A DNA stretch of 63,956 nt, the filler included, from Octopus bimaculoides (Eukaryota), in NCBI RefSeq assembly GCF_001194135.2. It is 5 parts of 5 records of this genome, joined end to end, with 100 filler letters (N's around TTAATTAATTAA, not from the genome) between each part and the next. Parts side by side here need not be neighbours in the genome. Positions count along the whole stretch, not along the records: positions 1 to 31,154 come from NC_068984.1; 4 more parts are not named here. One strand, 5' to 3'. The translations under genes were made by a program, and so were the position numbers. Shown here one piece after another: positions 13,541 to 27,085 of the stretch; positions within the stretch are counted from its first letter, which is position 1; each line of letters starts with the position of its first letter. The notes beneath the pieces are model-generated. The model saw only the letters and a program-made list of their open reading frames with translations, made no database searches and had not been told where the DNA came from.

Positions 13541-14662
13541 ATGTGTTATAATTGTGAAACCCTAATATCTTCGTAAATTATCTGACATACTTCTCACTTT
13601 CTCTGACAATAGGGTTTTATTGGATGAAGAGATGGCTGTTATATATGATCTCGTTCGCTCGTTATATTGATTTCTTCTAATGTTGCGGAACATCCTACAA
13701 CATACGTTAAAGAGATATATGATGGCATCGTATTTATACACTTGATAAGAATATTACTTGTTTAAGTGGTGTAAAATGACTGTACCCGGAAATTTAACAT
13801 ACGACGATTACCGCTGAATGACAAATTTCCGGTCATTATATAATCCGTATAACTAGAAAAAAGGTTTCATATTTTCTATTGGTTGGAATAAGAAACGTGT
13901 TTAATTACGCGAAAAGAACGTAGTTTATTACATTGATATCAGTAATATAATGCCACTTAGATACACGAGTTATGCCGGATACGAAATTAGGGTACTATTA
14001 GCATAGTGATTCACAATAAAAATCTCATAACATATGGGACCCACAGGGAACACTTGCATAAATCATTCAAGCTATTTTTTCAGGTTGTGATTTAATAGTG
14101 TTAAAGTATGTTGGTGATTTCATCATATTAATGTCAATAAATACACATTAATTATGTTTCTGTTCTATTTATTAAAGTTCATCTAGTATTTTACAAGTCC
14201 CCGTACTATTCAACGACAGTTACAAGCGTTAACAATCGAAATAGCCTGAAGTTAAAACAACATTTAGAACTTTCAACGTTCAATGGACACTATAATATTT
14301 TGATTAACACGATAACACACTGAGTGTGTTATCCATAATATATAGTTACTGCATGGCAATAAATGCTACAAATGATATTCCTGTAGTAAAAATAAATTGA
14401 TGTGGTAGAGACCAATATCTTAAAAATATAAACACATACAGATCCGAACACATTATAAGCTATACGATATTTTCACGTTGGCCAAGCAAACAGTATTTAT
14501 TAAAAATAGACGTGATGATAGAAAGATATACTACACTTTTTATTGTGTGTGTATATATATATAAATATATGTTTGTGTGTGGCAGGAAATGTATGGGTCT
14601 ATTTGTTTTCACGCGTATAATAATAATTAATGTGCATAGGAGAGGGTACTGCTTTCAAATTT

Positions 14663-14862
14663 TGGCACAAGGCGAGCAATTCGGGGCGGGGGGCTGGGGA
14701 ATTCGATTGAATAAATCTCAATTATCAACTGGCACTTATTTTATCTAACCCGAAGGGCTGAGAGACAAAGTCGACGCTGGCGGAATTTGAACTCAGAACA
14801 CGAAAATGGACGAGATGTCACTAAGCATTTTAACTGGTGGGCTAACGATTCTTTCAGCTCCC
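14663..14862 (-). mobile_element. SINE family B
   Basis: aaagtcgacgctggcggaatttgaactcagaac is the reverse complement of the family B core and B box. Confidence 0.8.
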
Positions 14863-16432
14863 CGCAATGTACATAATAGAAACACGAACCAATCTTATCG
14901 AGAAACTTAGTACTTAGACTTTCTGCACTGTTTTCATATCACTCCATCTATCACAACGAAAATCAACTCGAAGAACGTGCGTTGGATAGAATTCACATAT
15001 ACACACACATAAATCTATATTTATCTGTGTATTCATATATGTGTGTGCGTGTGTGTTTTGTGTGCTTATATAAGGTATATGCGTGCTTTCTTAAGTAGAG
15101 CATCCGCTTCCTTTTTTCTTTATACAAAAATGACTTTATTATATTGGTTGACACGATGAATACCCAATTAATCTTTAAACAAAGAAGATACAATTTAATC
15201 ACTTTAAATCTAACCGAAAACAAAAATCGAGACGACCTACTTCACTTATATTACTCCAAATCAGTTTTCTCACCCAACAGACGAGACAGATTTACCAATA
15301 TCTTTGTCAAATTTACCTCAAAAATAAACAAAATTTTCCTGACTGATGATCTGTTTTATCAGCGATAAAACATTTAATATTTTGTCTTTTGATATTTCGA
15401 ATAACTAGAAAATGAATGAAAACGAAGATAACCAATTTCAATCAATTACTTTTCAGAAAAATTGCCTGTCAATTCAGATTAACTTTAACCTATACAGACA
15501 TATAAATACATCACAAGGCTTTACACCATCAGATATATGACATACAAGTGATTTTCACTATCATTAACTTCATACACATACATACATTTTATTTATGTCA
15601 ACTAAGGTAGACAACCAACGGGGTATCAAGGGGTGTGAGTCGAATTATTGAATTTCAAAGAGACAAGTATTAGCAACGACTGACACACGTGTTGTCAAAG
15701 TATCAAGATGATTTATAATGTTTACAATAGATGTCACTGCAGATGAAACTTGTTATATCCGAAATATTATAATATTTAACAAAAAATAAATAATGAAAAT
15801 GAAAATATATTCATTATTGTGGTATTAATTGAGAACCAAGCATTGTAAAGATGAAAATAATTTTTGTTGTATAAGTTCTCTATCCCTATTTCGCTCTTTC
15901 TCTCCCTCAGTGTAAATATATATANNNNNNNNNNNNNNNNNNNNNNNNNNNNNNNNNNNNNNNNNNNNNNNNNNNNNNNNNNNNNNNNNNNNNNNNNNNN
16001 NNNNNNNNNNNNNNNNNNNNNNNNNNNNNNNNNNNNNNNNNNNNNNNNNNNNNNNNNNNNNNNNNNNNNNNNNNNNNNNNNNNNNNNNNNNNNNNNNNNN
16101 NNNNNNNNNNNNNNNNNNNNNNNNNNNNNNNNNNNNNNNNNNNNNNNNNNNNNNNNNNNNNNNNNNNNNNNNNNNNNNNNNNNNNNNNNNNNNNNNNNNN
16201 NNNNNNNNNNNNNNNNNNNNNNNNNNNNNNNNNNNNNNNNNNNNNNNNNNNNNNNNNNNNNNNNNNNNNNNNNNNNNNNNNNNNNNNNNNNNNNNNNNNN
16301 NNNNNNNNNNNNNNNNNNNNNNNNNNNNNNNNNNNNNNNNNNNNNNNNNNNNNNNNNNNNNNNNNNNNNNNNNNNNNNNNNNNNNNNNNNNNNNNNNNNN
16401 NNNNNNNNNNNNNNNNNNNNNNNNNNNNNNNN

Positions 16433-16493
<61 letters not shown>

Positions 16494-17399
16494 AGGCATC
16501 TCTCACACTACGTCGTTAATTGGACCCAAGGGACACGAATTAATCTAGAAATGAATTAAATCGAATGAACTTGTCTCAAGGCTAAACCCATAATAAACCC
16601 GTTTCTTCAAAGATTTTGCCTCTTTTCTTATTGATGACAGTGTTCGTCGTCCCTGGGGTTTCAGATTTGATATGTGCTAAAATCTTGTCATTATTATATA
16701 CAATCTTCGATACAGTTGTCCGACTTCTGTCGATAGATCTTGCATTCTAATATTTTTTTGCCTTTCTCATGGCGTTTTACAGCTAGTTTATCGTTTAGCA
16801 TTATAGCATGGTGCTGAGCACTTTCTAATATAAATTTTCCCAGGAGACAGGGGCAAAAAATAAAGTCACACATGAATGAACAAATGAGAAAATAGCCTAT
16901 GAAGACAAAACAATTACGGGAATCTAGAGTGACTGCCACGCCTAAGGTTAGGTTTGAGTCTACTGTGCAATATGTGCTCCGAAAGACCGATAAATAACAG
17001 AACACAGCTGATTTCATATTTTACTCATAAGCTATACTACTTTATTGTATTATCTTAACATTTAATGTACGTATTTCGATATAATCTCATTTGCTTTTAT
17101 TCTTATTTATTGTGTAGTAACATGTTTCCATGTGCTTTTAGCGGTTTTCCAGTGATTTTACGATTTAAATATTTGTGGCGGACAGACGTAAAGTCTAGTA
17201 AAATGACGTGACTTGCTTTTTTATTTTTCCATATATATTATTTTTGAAGACCGAGTTATAACTTAAATCTAAACGACTTAAGCCAAGGTAAACCTGTGCT
17301 TCGCCTCTCACCGCTACTACTACTATATATATATCTCTACCTCTCGTTGCTCACTTTTATTCTATTTCCTCCCCTTCTTTTCCCTCTGCTACTCTTTCT

Positions 17400-17645
17400 T
17401 TTTACACAGCCTTGGTCACGTGTGTCCGGCTGCTATTTCTTTGCCCCTCCTGTTCGGGCTTCACAGCGTTCAATACATAAACACTTCACGTCTGGCTGTA
17501 CATCCCTTTTGCTTGTTTGCTGTACCTTGTTTATCATTTTGTCCATGTTCTTTTGCCACGTCATGTACCCAGTTATGTATCTATATGTACATGTAGATGA
17601 AGGTATGTACATACATGTACATATATATGCATCTACTCATATATT
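17400..17645. mobile_element. TA-microsatellite-associated repeat (related copies near 32410 and 63333)
   Basis: Shared motif gtc(c/a)tgtaccc.g.tatg...tatat.taca.gtagatg.a.gtatg. Confidence 0.6.
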
Positions 17646-17648
17646 GTT

Positions 17649-17683
<35 letters not shown>

Positions 17684-18010
17684 NNNNNNNNNNNNNNNNN
17701 NNNNNNNNNNNNNNNNNNNNNNNNNNNNNNNNNNNNNNNNNNNNNNNNNNNNNNNNNNNNNNNNNNNNNNNNNNNNNNNNNNNNNNNNNNNNNNNNNNNN
17801 NNNNNNNNNNNNNNNNNNNNNNNNNNNNNNNNNNNNNNNNNNNNNNNNNNNNNNNNNNNNNNNNNNNNNNNNNNNNNNNNNNNNNNNNNNNNNNNNNNNN
17901 NNNNNNNNNNNNNNNNNNNNNNNNNNNNNNNNNNNNNNNNNNNNNNNNNNNNNNNNNNNNNNNNNNNNNNNNNNNNNNNNNNTACATATATATATATATG
18001 CATATACATA

Positions 18011-18334
18011 AATCCAAACCGCGAAAGAATAATTCTTAAGGCACGCTGATAATGGCACTAGAATGAATAAAACAAAAAGCATTATTAGTTAATCCCATAG
18101 AATCCATAATGAATAAAGATGGAGCTGTTTTGTGCACGTGTTTCGCCTACGTATTAAATATACCTAATCATGCTTTGTCTTAGCGATCCCACTAACGAGC
18201 TCCGGATGACAAATTAATTTGTTTGCTCATTAACTGGAAACTCGAGTATGGGATTAACTAATAGTTTTTCGTTTTATTCATTTTAGTATCATTATCAGCG
18301 TGCCTTAAGAATTATTTTTTCGTTGTTTGGGTTT
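18011..18334. mobile_element. Foldback element: about 88-bp inverted arms around a degenerate hammerhead-like motif
   Basis: 18011-18099 pairs with 18247-18334 (shared aataattcttaaggcacgctgataatg and attagttaatcccata). Confidence 0.85.
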
Positions 18335-18556
18335 AACTGCCCTTTTTGACATGTCAGAATGTAAGAAGTCTTGTAGAGAATCTCTGCTCTCTGTGTATAT
18401 ATCTTTATATATTATTATATATATAAAAATATGTTATGTCTCATGACTTTTAATATGGATGCGAACCACTGTTAATAAATTATGTTAATTTTTTACCCTC
18501 ATAATTTACACAATATATATATATATATATACTGAAAGAGAGAAAAAGTGATACAC

Positions 18557-18594
<38 letters not shown>

Positions 18595-18654
18595 GTATAT
18601 ATTTATTTATTTATTTATTTATATGTATACACAGATATATACATATCTACATAT

Positions 18655-18870
18655 GTGACACCTTGAGCAAGTATCTTCTACTATAGCCTCGGGCCCACCA
18701 AAACCTTGTGAGTGGATTTAGTAGACGGAAACTGAAGCAAGCACATCGCGTGTATACGTGGTTGTCCTCAATTGCCACCACTGCTTGACTACTGGCGTTG
18801 TTTTTTTACGTCCCCATTACCAAAGCGGTTCGACAAAAAGCGACCTACACAGTATGTACCATAATAAACT
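18655..18870 (+). mobile_element. SINE family A, middle and 3' part
   Basis: caccttgagcaagtatcttctactatagcctcgggcccaccaaaaccttgtgagtggattt...acgtcccc. Confidence 0.85.
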
Positions 18871-21800
18871 TCTGTGTGACAGTAACCTCAGCATGAAGCC
18901 TAGTCTAATGACTATAACAAATAAAATTTGAAGGAGAAATCAACGCAAGAAATGGGAAACGGAAATTTCAGTTATATTAATCTAGTAATCTTGAATAATT
19001 ACTTTGCATATTTCGGTTTGTGTATGATCTTGAGCAATGCGGAAGCAACTATGGACACACCTTCAACATTATTGAAACTCATCTACTCATATGAATTAAT
19101 TTATAAAATGATCTTGCAGTACAACTACAATAGGACTGTATCGGTAAATAGGTATAGAGTTTCCGGCGCAGTGGACAGAAGTGACATCAGCCATTTGTTC
19201 ACACACCCAGAGGACCTATCACTTAAACAAGTACCAGTATACATCCTTATAAATGATACGGTACCCATACTAAATAGGAAATACATGACGGTAGAATTAC
19301 CCCAATGCCACAAATGTTACGCACAGAATATACATATATAGGGACATTCGTAAGTAGACAGTGAAGTAGGTAAATAGTTAGGTAGATAGATAGGTACGTA
19401 GAAAGATTTTAGGATCGTGGGTATGTGTGTGTGCGTGTGTGTGTGTACGTTTGTGTGTAGCTATCGATGTATATGTATTAATGCACTTAACGTATATGAA
19501 ATATTCTTGCATGTTTGTCTTTGTGAGAGAAGGAAAGAGCAGGAGAGAAAAGAGGAAAATGTAATATTTAAGGATTGTTTACATGACAATGAGTAGTAAA
19601 TGCATTCCTATTTGGTATTCAAATTCTACGTCTTCACATGAGATATCCAATTAGTCTATATTGAAAGTCAAATACAGTGTATCACTGATTGGTCCTTACA
19701 AGTCTGATCCTTCATTAGCAACGCTAGTTTTGTCGAATTTTACATTTACATATCTATATGGTAATTATAATCCTATTATTCATGCATTCATTCCAGTGTT
19801 GCTATTTTGTATTCTTCTTTTAATAAGTTGATTGAAGGCTGTCTTTCTTTAGCAATGAACATAAAACAAATTCTAATTCTGATGTGATGGCATACAATAT
19901 AATTGCTGATGCAAAGATTCGCACACATGTAACCAATTAGAATACATAGCTGCCATAGAAATATTCATAGGCGCATTAACGAATACTCATAGTCGTTAAT
20001 ACTCACTCACACACGAACATCTAATTAAATAGCCAAAACTACACGCATATGCATATACAATTAACATATTTTATATGTTTCTGTCATTTCAACTGTGTTC
20101 CTGCTTGGGTAACGCTTTGGAGGATTTAGAGGTCACAAATTCCAGTCCTCATTTCTGCACCCAATGTTAACTCAATAGATTTTATCTTGCAAGTATACAA
20201 TATATATATATATATATATATATANNNNNNNNNNNNNNNNNNNNNNNNNNNNNNNNNNNNNNNNNNNNNNNNNNNNNNNNNNNNNNNNNNNNNNNNNNNN
20301 NNNNNNNNNNNNNNNNNNNNNNNNNNNNNNNNNNNNNNNNNNNNNNNNNNNNNNNNATATATATACATCTATTTGTTAATATACGAATTCATACCTATAT
20401 GTGAGTGTATGTGTGTGTTTATGTTTGTACCTGCATGCATGTAATTATACAGCGTCAGTCACGCAATGCGCATAGAAATCTGTTCATGCTTTCCCTTCGA
20501 GAAGCATATTTTGTGAACTATATATACTAACGTATTGAAGAACATTCATACTCTATCTCTATCTCATTCTCACGTTCATAGCCTAGAGAAATGAAAGTGT
20601 CCGAACATACTAGATAACCTCTCTTGCAACGTTGCAATGCAACAAGTCTGCGGGTCGACGATGATCAATGAATGATTGTAGAAGTAGTTATAATAAATCT
20701 ACCACAAGTTGAAAAGAGAAGAATATAAACAGATAAAATATATTCTTCGGGAAATCGTATTTTAAAAAGAAACATAAGTAAGAAAATATTATTTCACTTT
20801 TAATGTTTCAGCTACAAGACAAAATATTTGCTTGTAGAAATCATTTTCTTTGTTATGAACGAAAATAAGGTTAACTTCTTACACAAAGCTGATGTTCCAT
20901 ATTTTTGGCGTTGCATTAACGCGCGTCTTAAGTAGTGTAAACTATTGTAAAACAATAAGCAGGGTTTGGATGCGGTCAGCTAGAAACACTGAAATGGAAA
21001 AAGAGCAGAATATACGAAAGAGAAAAAAAAAATGATTAGCAAAAGTTCAGACGGAATCAGTCAGCAAGTTTCAGTAAATATCCCAGAATATCTGTTTCTA
21101 GATGTTACAGACTTATTCTGGGAGAAAATTCTGGAGAGAGAGAAATTAGTCCGACTGCGATGCAACGTGGTTAAGAGAAACGTACGAGGAAAATTGTCCC
21201 TACATTGCACAAATTTATACCGCAATAATGATATGCTTGAAACAGTCAGGATAAGAAGGTTTTCGAGTGCAGCTTCAATCTTGAATACTAGTGCAAAAAA
21301 CTAAGCTACTGTCTTGTGTATCTCATCAAAATTTACCAGTAAATATTCAATTGAATTTTTCCCTAGCACGGAGTACATATTTTGAGTATATGAAGGCAAT
21401 TGATGAGATACATGAAAATAATATGTATTAGATACATTCGACGGCCATTAACGTATTAGTGTGACTAACAGTTGACCTGGTAGTTGTAGCATTAATTAAA
21501 TATCTCATAAATAGTATAACTGACTGGCAAGATTCATTATGATTCCATTTTCGGGATATAGATGGATAAGTCATAGATTAAGTTGAAAACGTTGTAAAGA
21601 AATACTCTTTAATACCCTCCTTAAAAACATTACTCCAATAACCGTACGCCCAACATGTTACCAGATGAATATAGAAGCTGTTAAATAACGATTAATATAT
21701 TCAAATATTTCGTATCTCTTTTCTTCTCATATTTATTTTAAAAGAAAATCAAACATGATTTGTATGACATGTTTGAGTGTTTCTTAAATACTCTTCAATC

Positions 21801-23430
21801 TACAAAATATAATCGCATTCCTAATCTTAATTATCTATGTAAAAATAACGGAGATAAACACAGCACAGATAAATACAACTGCGTTAATAAATGAACATGC
21901 TGAAACTAGGGTGGGGGATTGACGAAGTTAATTAAAACAGTCGTAAACTACAAAAAGTGTTTATTTTAATTTTATATTAATTAAATAAATGGAACTTCTT
22001 ACAAAGAGTGTAAAGAGTAAACATTCATTTAGTTTGTTTATTCATTTAATGTATTTAGAATGTTTATCCAGTGTGTAGAATACTTTCTGCTGTTGTTTCC
22101 TTTAATTAACTTGTCAAGAATACTTATCAAAAAAAGATATACTATAGAGTTCTTACGGAATAAAGTTCAACCTGATATATATGTTTTGGTGTAGACTATT
22201 TGATTCATATGCGTATGTCATGGATTTGGAAATGTGATAAGTGGTGGCCCACAGAAGTACTATCTGCTCATTGTGCCTTTTATAACAGTAGATAATAAAT
22301 AAGCTTATTGCTGAAAGTTTCCATTCGATATACATATGTTGATGCGGAAGATGCAATAAACTATTTTGTATTATAAACATTGTATTGTGCCACCTCGTTA
22401 CCAGCTAATTAAGTTCTGGTTCATTCTTACTTTTTTTGATACTTAAAAATATTTGAAATTATTTATATCGTTTTATAAACATTTACAGTAAAAAATTATT
22501 TCAAAATTTACGAATGTAAGAAAATTTACGAATGGGAAGAGAAAAGGGGTAGATATGAAAAAGGAATTCTAAAATGAAAAAGAAACATTTCTTTTGAGTT
22601 AAGGATAAATAATTAGAGAGGATGTTGATATTTCTGAGCTATAATTAATTACTGAAACATTCTGTTACAAGGAAATGAGCTTTGAAAATAAAACAAAAGG
22701 GACGGCTTAAAATATATTAAATGAGATTTGGAAAATCCATTGCTGAGAATGCTATTCCTGCAAAGCAGTTAATCACTTATCAAGTCAATTAGGTTGGCCT
22801 CTGATACTCTAATATTTAACCACTTAATAATGGTATGGAGAAAGTTACTGACAATCCGTTAAGAAGATCCGATTAGCCATAAAAATAAAATTAAGGAACA
22901 TATTTACAATAATATTAGAAAGTCGATCAATTTCCACAAATAAAATATCATCAGTCCATCGTTAAATCGTAAGATTCATTCATAAGAAAAACGGTTTAAG
23001 TTATTCTATATTGTCGAAATTTAACGCGCTATCTGTATTAATATCCCAGGAATTGGTAGGATATATAATATCTGAACTTCCGTAAAGATTGCTGTGGGNN
23101 NNNNNNNNNNNNNNNNNNNNNNNNNNNNNNNNNNNNNNNNNNNNNNNNNNNNNNNNNNNNNNNNNNNNNNNNNNNNNNNNNNNNNNNNNNNNNNNNNNNN
23201 NNNNNNNNNNNNNNNNNNNNNNNNNNNNNNNNNNNNNNNNNNNNNNNNNNNNNNNNNNNNNNNNNNNNNNNNNNNNNNNNNNNNNNNNNNNNNNNNNNNN
23301 NNNNNNNNNNNNNNNNNNNNNNNNNNNNNNNNNNNNNNNNNNNNNNNNNNNNNNNNNNNNNNNNNNNNNNNNNNNNNNNNNNNNNNNNNNNNNNNNNNNN
23401 NNNNNNNNNNNNNNNNNNNNNNNNNNNNNN

Positions 23431-23635
23431 GGTTTCAATTCTAAGAACGGCTGATACGTTTTGTTCTTGAGCTGGACACTTCATCTCCCGCCGCTCTGCG
23501 GTCAGGTACAGTCGAATTAATGAGGAGAGAAAGTAAATATGCGGCACGAACGATTGGTCACTATAAACAAATAATCTATGCGGGTCGTTTGGCAAAAGCT
23601 GGACGCTCATACATCGTCTTCGACGGCAGAATCCA

Positions 23636-23640
<5 letters not shown>
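23431..23640 (+). mobile_element. SINE family C-like fragment
   Basis: B-box-like ggtttcaattct followed by ttgttcttgagctggacacttcatctc (CORE-like). Confidence 0.45.
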
Positions 23641-23671
<31 letters not shown>

Positions 23672-23886
23672 CTATATTTTCGGTTCGAATGGTTTTGTTA
23701 TACGGCGCCCTATTTTACAATACTGTAAATAATAATAATGGTATTTTTATATAAGCTTAAGGCTTATGACGATCTTCGTGCAATGACTAAGGAAAATGGT
23801 CTAATAACGGGGCTATAAGCCCTACAGAAGAAAGAAGGCTTTTCTATCAGCGTGAGATGGGAACGCCTTCTTTTTTTTCTATCGAG

Positions 23887-24234
23887 GGCTTCAGTCCCAC
23901 TGCAAGGCAACTTGGACAGGAATCTTCTGCTATAGCCTCGGCCCGCCCAAGGACTTGTCAGTTTGTGAGTGGATTTGGTAGACGGAAACTGAAAGAAGCC
24001 CGTCGTATATATATTTGTGTGTATGTATGTTTGTACCACTACCATCACTTGACAACCGATGCGGGTGTGTTTATGTCCCCGTAACTTAGCGGTTCAGCTT
24101 AAAGACACCGACTGAATAAGTACTAGGCTTATAATAAGCCGTGGGGTCAGTTTGTTCGACTAAAAGTCGGTGCTGAAGCATGGCCGCAGACAAATAACTG
24201 AAACAGGTAAAAAAAATTAAAGAGTAAAAGAATA
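23887..24234 (+). mobile_element. SINE family A
   Basis: From ttcagtcccactg through ggatttggtagacggaaactgaaagaagcccgtcg to agagtaaaagaata. Confidence 0.9.
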
Positions 24235-25541
24235 TGGATATATATATATATATATATATATTTCAGATATAAGGATAAGCAGAAATTAAACTAGAAAAAC
24301 TAGAGATTAACATGTGAAAAAGTATCCATTAATTCTATCAAAAGCCAGCCTTTTTTAACAAACCTCTCAACAGACTCACAGGTAATTTCCACATTGAATT
24401 AGTATGACCACTGCACAATTTTGAGGGTAATTTTCGTTAACTATTTTCTAAACTTAATTTTCTGTATCATTATAAATCGAATGTTAAGTGTCTGCATTGT
24501 GTGATATTGCATTAAATGTATTCAAATTCGTTTCACCAATAACACCTCTTAAACGTATGCTACTGATATTGCCTTATTGCATTCCAGATTAATATTGCAA
24601 GAAGCTCGTTCATTATCATAGAAAAGGTTTATAGATGTTGGGATTGTTTTAGATATTCATATACGTCCCTGTCTAATTATACCTCGGTATAAATGACTAC
24701 ACATAATCCCTCGCTACGTCAGCTTTCATACACAATAATCATATAAACTGATAAGAACAAAAACCAAGCAAATATACCGTATATCTGGGCGCCTACCTAT
24801 TAGAAAGCGCAGCTGAATATGTCTTCAGTTGAATACTCATTGAGTAATCTAGTTCTTAACATTTTGCTGAAAGTGAGGAAACAATCGAAATAGCTTCGAA
24901 CACTTGAGTTGGATCTAAGCATTAACTTTAACAACAAACATACCACAATTTAGCTTATTTTTATACACGTCCCCACAAGGGAGGCTGCATGTTTTCTTCG
25001 TGGTCTTCATCGTGGTATGAATGTATTTGAAGTCTAATGTTTTGGAGGGTGATACTTACGAGTTTCGACAAATGAGTTGCAATACTTCTAGTGCAATGTT
25101 TAAAGACGGTGAAATACATGACGATAAACTTAATATAATTATACAACATAATCAACAGAAATTGTTCATATTACATAGCACATCGTATGTCTAAATTCAA
25201 CATTTAATATTTGATCCATAAGATGAGAAATATTAATCAACTCTTACAATGCATCAATTAAAAATAATTCAGTGGAGTTAATCATTTCATGTTACGCCAT
25301 GTTCAAGTCAATGGGTGTCAATGAGCTAGTTCATTAACTTATAATGTCAGAAATACCAGGATTTCTAGCGTGGCACACTCAAGCATTCACATTCATTCAT
25401 TGAATGCTCGGTTAATGCTTAGTGCAGTGGTTTCCAACAGTGGTTGCTAACCCTTTTATCTAAATGAGTTCTCCAATTGTCCCCTATTAATAAGCTTACT
25501 CCTATGTCTATANNNNNNNNNNATATATATAAATATATATT

Positions 25542-25572
<31 letters not shown>

Positions 25573-26189
25573 GTATGCATGTATATATATATGTTTATAC
25601 ACGAAATTTTGAACTTAGTTCAAGGACCCCAAATACTGCCTTTGCAGACCCCAGGTTGAGAACGACTGTCTTAGTGAAAGGGAGGACTTTTAGCATGTGT
25701 CTGTTGTCACGAGAACCCAACTGGGCAACAGCATGCATTCCTTTGCCAGAAAGAAGAAATTCCAAGATTTCTCTGTTTATGTTTCCAAGTAGATGCCTTA
25801 CTATTTCAGATATTTTATTTATGTCCTGTACTTTAGTTTATCGGGCCTGGATGGATAAACAGTAAAGCTGAGTATAGAGGGATTTGGAAATAGAACGTAA
25901 ATGGCCGTAACGAAATTGCACATGCCATTTTGTACAGCAATCTAAGAATTCTACTAATCTTGCTTCCTGAGGATGTTATTAATAAGGACGATAAATGTGA
26001 GTGAGGAAAATTACTGTTAATGTTTATTAAATGCAGAATGTAAACGAAAATTGATGTACCCAGAGATCATCTACGGATGGTAGACAAAAATAAAGTAAAT
26101 ACATACCATCTGACTTATGCACCTCACGAATGTAACCGTCATACGTGCACTCAGATAATACAAATATATACATACATACATACACACAA

Positions 26190-26880
26190 TTTGTTGGCCA
26201 GCAAAGCAGTGTATCTTGCACTTTTAATCGTACACCCCTTTTCAGGCAATATTCCAGTATAGCTCCTTTTGTGTCCCAAAGAAGGCTTAGCATCACATTT
26301 CCCGCGGAAGACTGAGTCTTGAATGTCTTCATCGCAGGCCAACCAAGATGTTTCCACCCCCATACTCATTGTCTTGGATTCTGCCTCATAATGATGGACC
26401 CATATTTCATCTTCTGTGGCTATTCTGCTTGTTCGTATCCTTGTAGCGATTGACTAAACGTCGACAGATTTCAAGACGTTTGCACTTGTGCTCTGCAACA
26501 AGCTCTGTTGGCACGCATTTAGCACAGACGTTATCGAAGCCGAGCTCATCGTGGCTGATTTCATAGGCAGAACCTTGACTAATGTGCAGAGAATGAGCTA
26601 CCTCATCGATGATAACTAGCAAGTACACCATTACCATCTCTCAAGCTTACCGAATATTCTCGTCACTGTTGGAGGTTGACAAGCGTCTTGTTCCCTCTTC
26701 GTGCATCACGCTTTTCCGACCGTCTTTTAAACTTCTCGATCCACACATACACATTTCTACAGAACAGTGAAATTGCCTCGCATTGTGCTAAAAAATCTCC
26801 GAAGAATTTCAGCACGTGACACCTTCCGACCCAAAAATTCGGATTAGTGCTCTTTGTTCTTCTTTGGTGCATATTGCAAG
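26190..26880 (-). pseudogene. Mariner transposase relic (second subfamily)
   Basis: EQRALIR, VYVWIEKFK, IDEVAHSLHISQGSAYEI...VCAKCVP, DETWVHHYEAESK, SAGNVMLSLLWDTKG; frameshifted. Confidence 0.88.
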
Positions 26881-27021
26881 TGGAGTGGTCAGGCTTACGT
26901 TGTAAAGCCAAAAGGAAACATGGCGCAACCAGGCTCAAACTTCGATCACATGACCACGTTATTACCACCCATAAGCATGCATGCGTGAGAAGAAAGTGTG
27001 ATCATACTAAAGATATGTCAT

Positions 27022-27085
<64 letters not shown>

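Noticed and set aside
15330-15390. CTGATGA with a ctg/cag stem, hammerhead-like
   Set aside because: GAAA is interrupted (gataaaac) and no stem I or III partner exists
15731-15780. CAGATGA...GAAA with palindrome tattataata
   Set aside because: Core mutated, stems I and II do not pair; expected by chance in AT-rich DNA
18928-19341. 137-aa ORF; also 16694-17017 and 59633-59887
   Set aside because: No family motif; length compatible with chance or decayed repeats
24961-25155. Minus-strand ORF containing a GTAAGTAT donor consensus
   Set aside because: No convincing acceptor or protein motif
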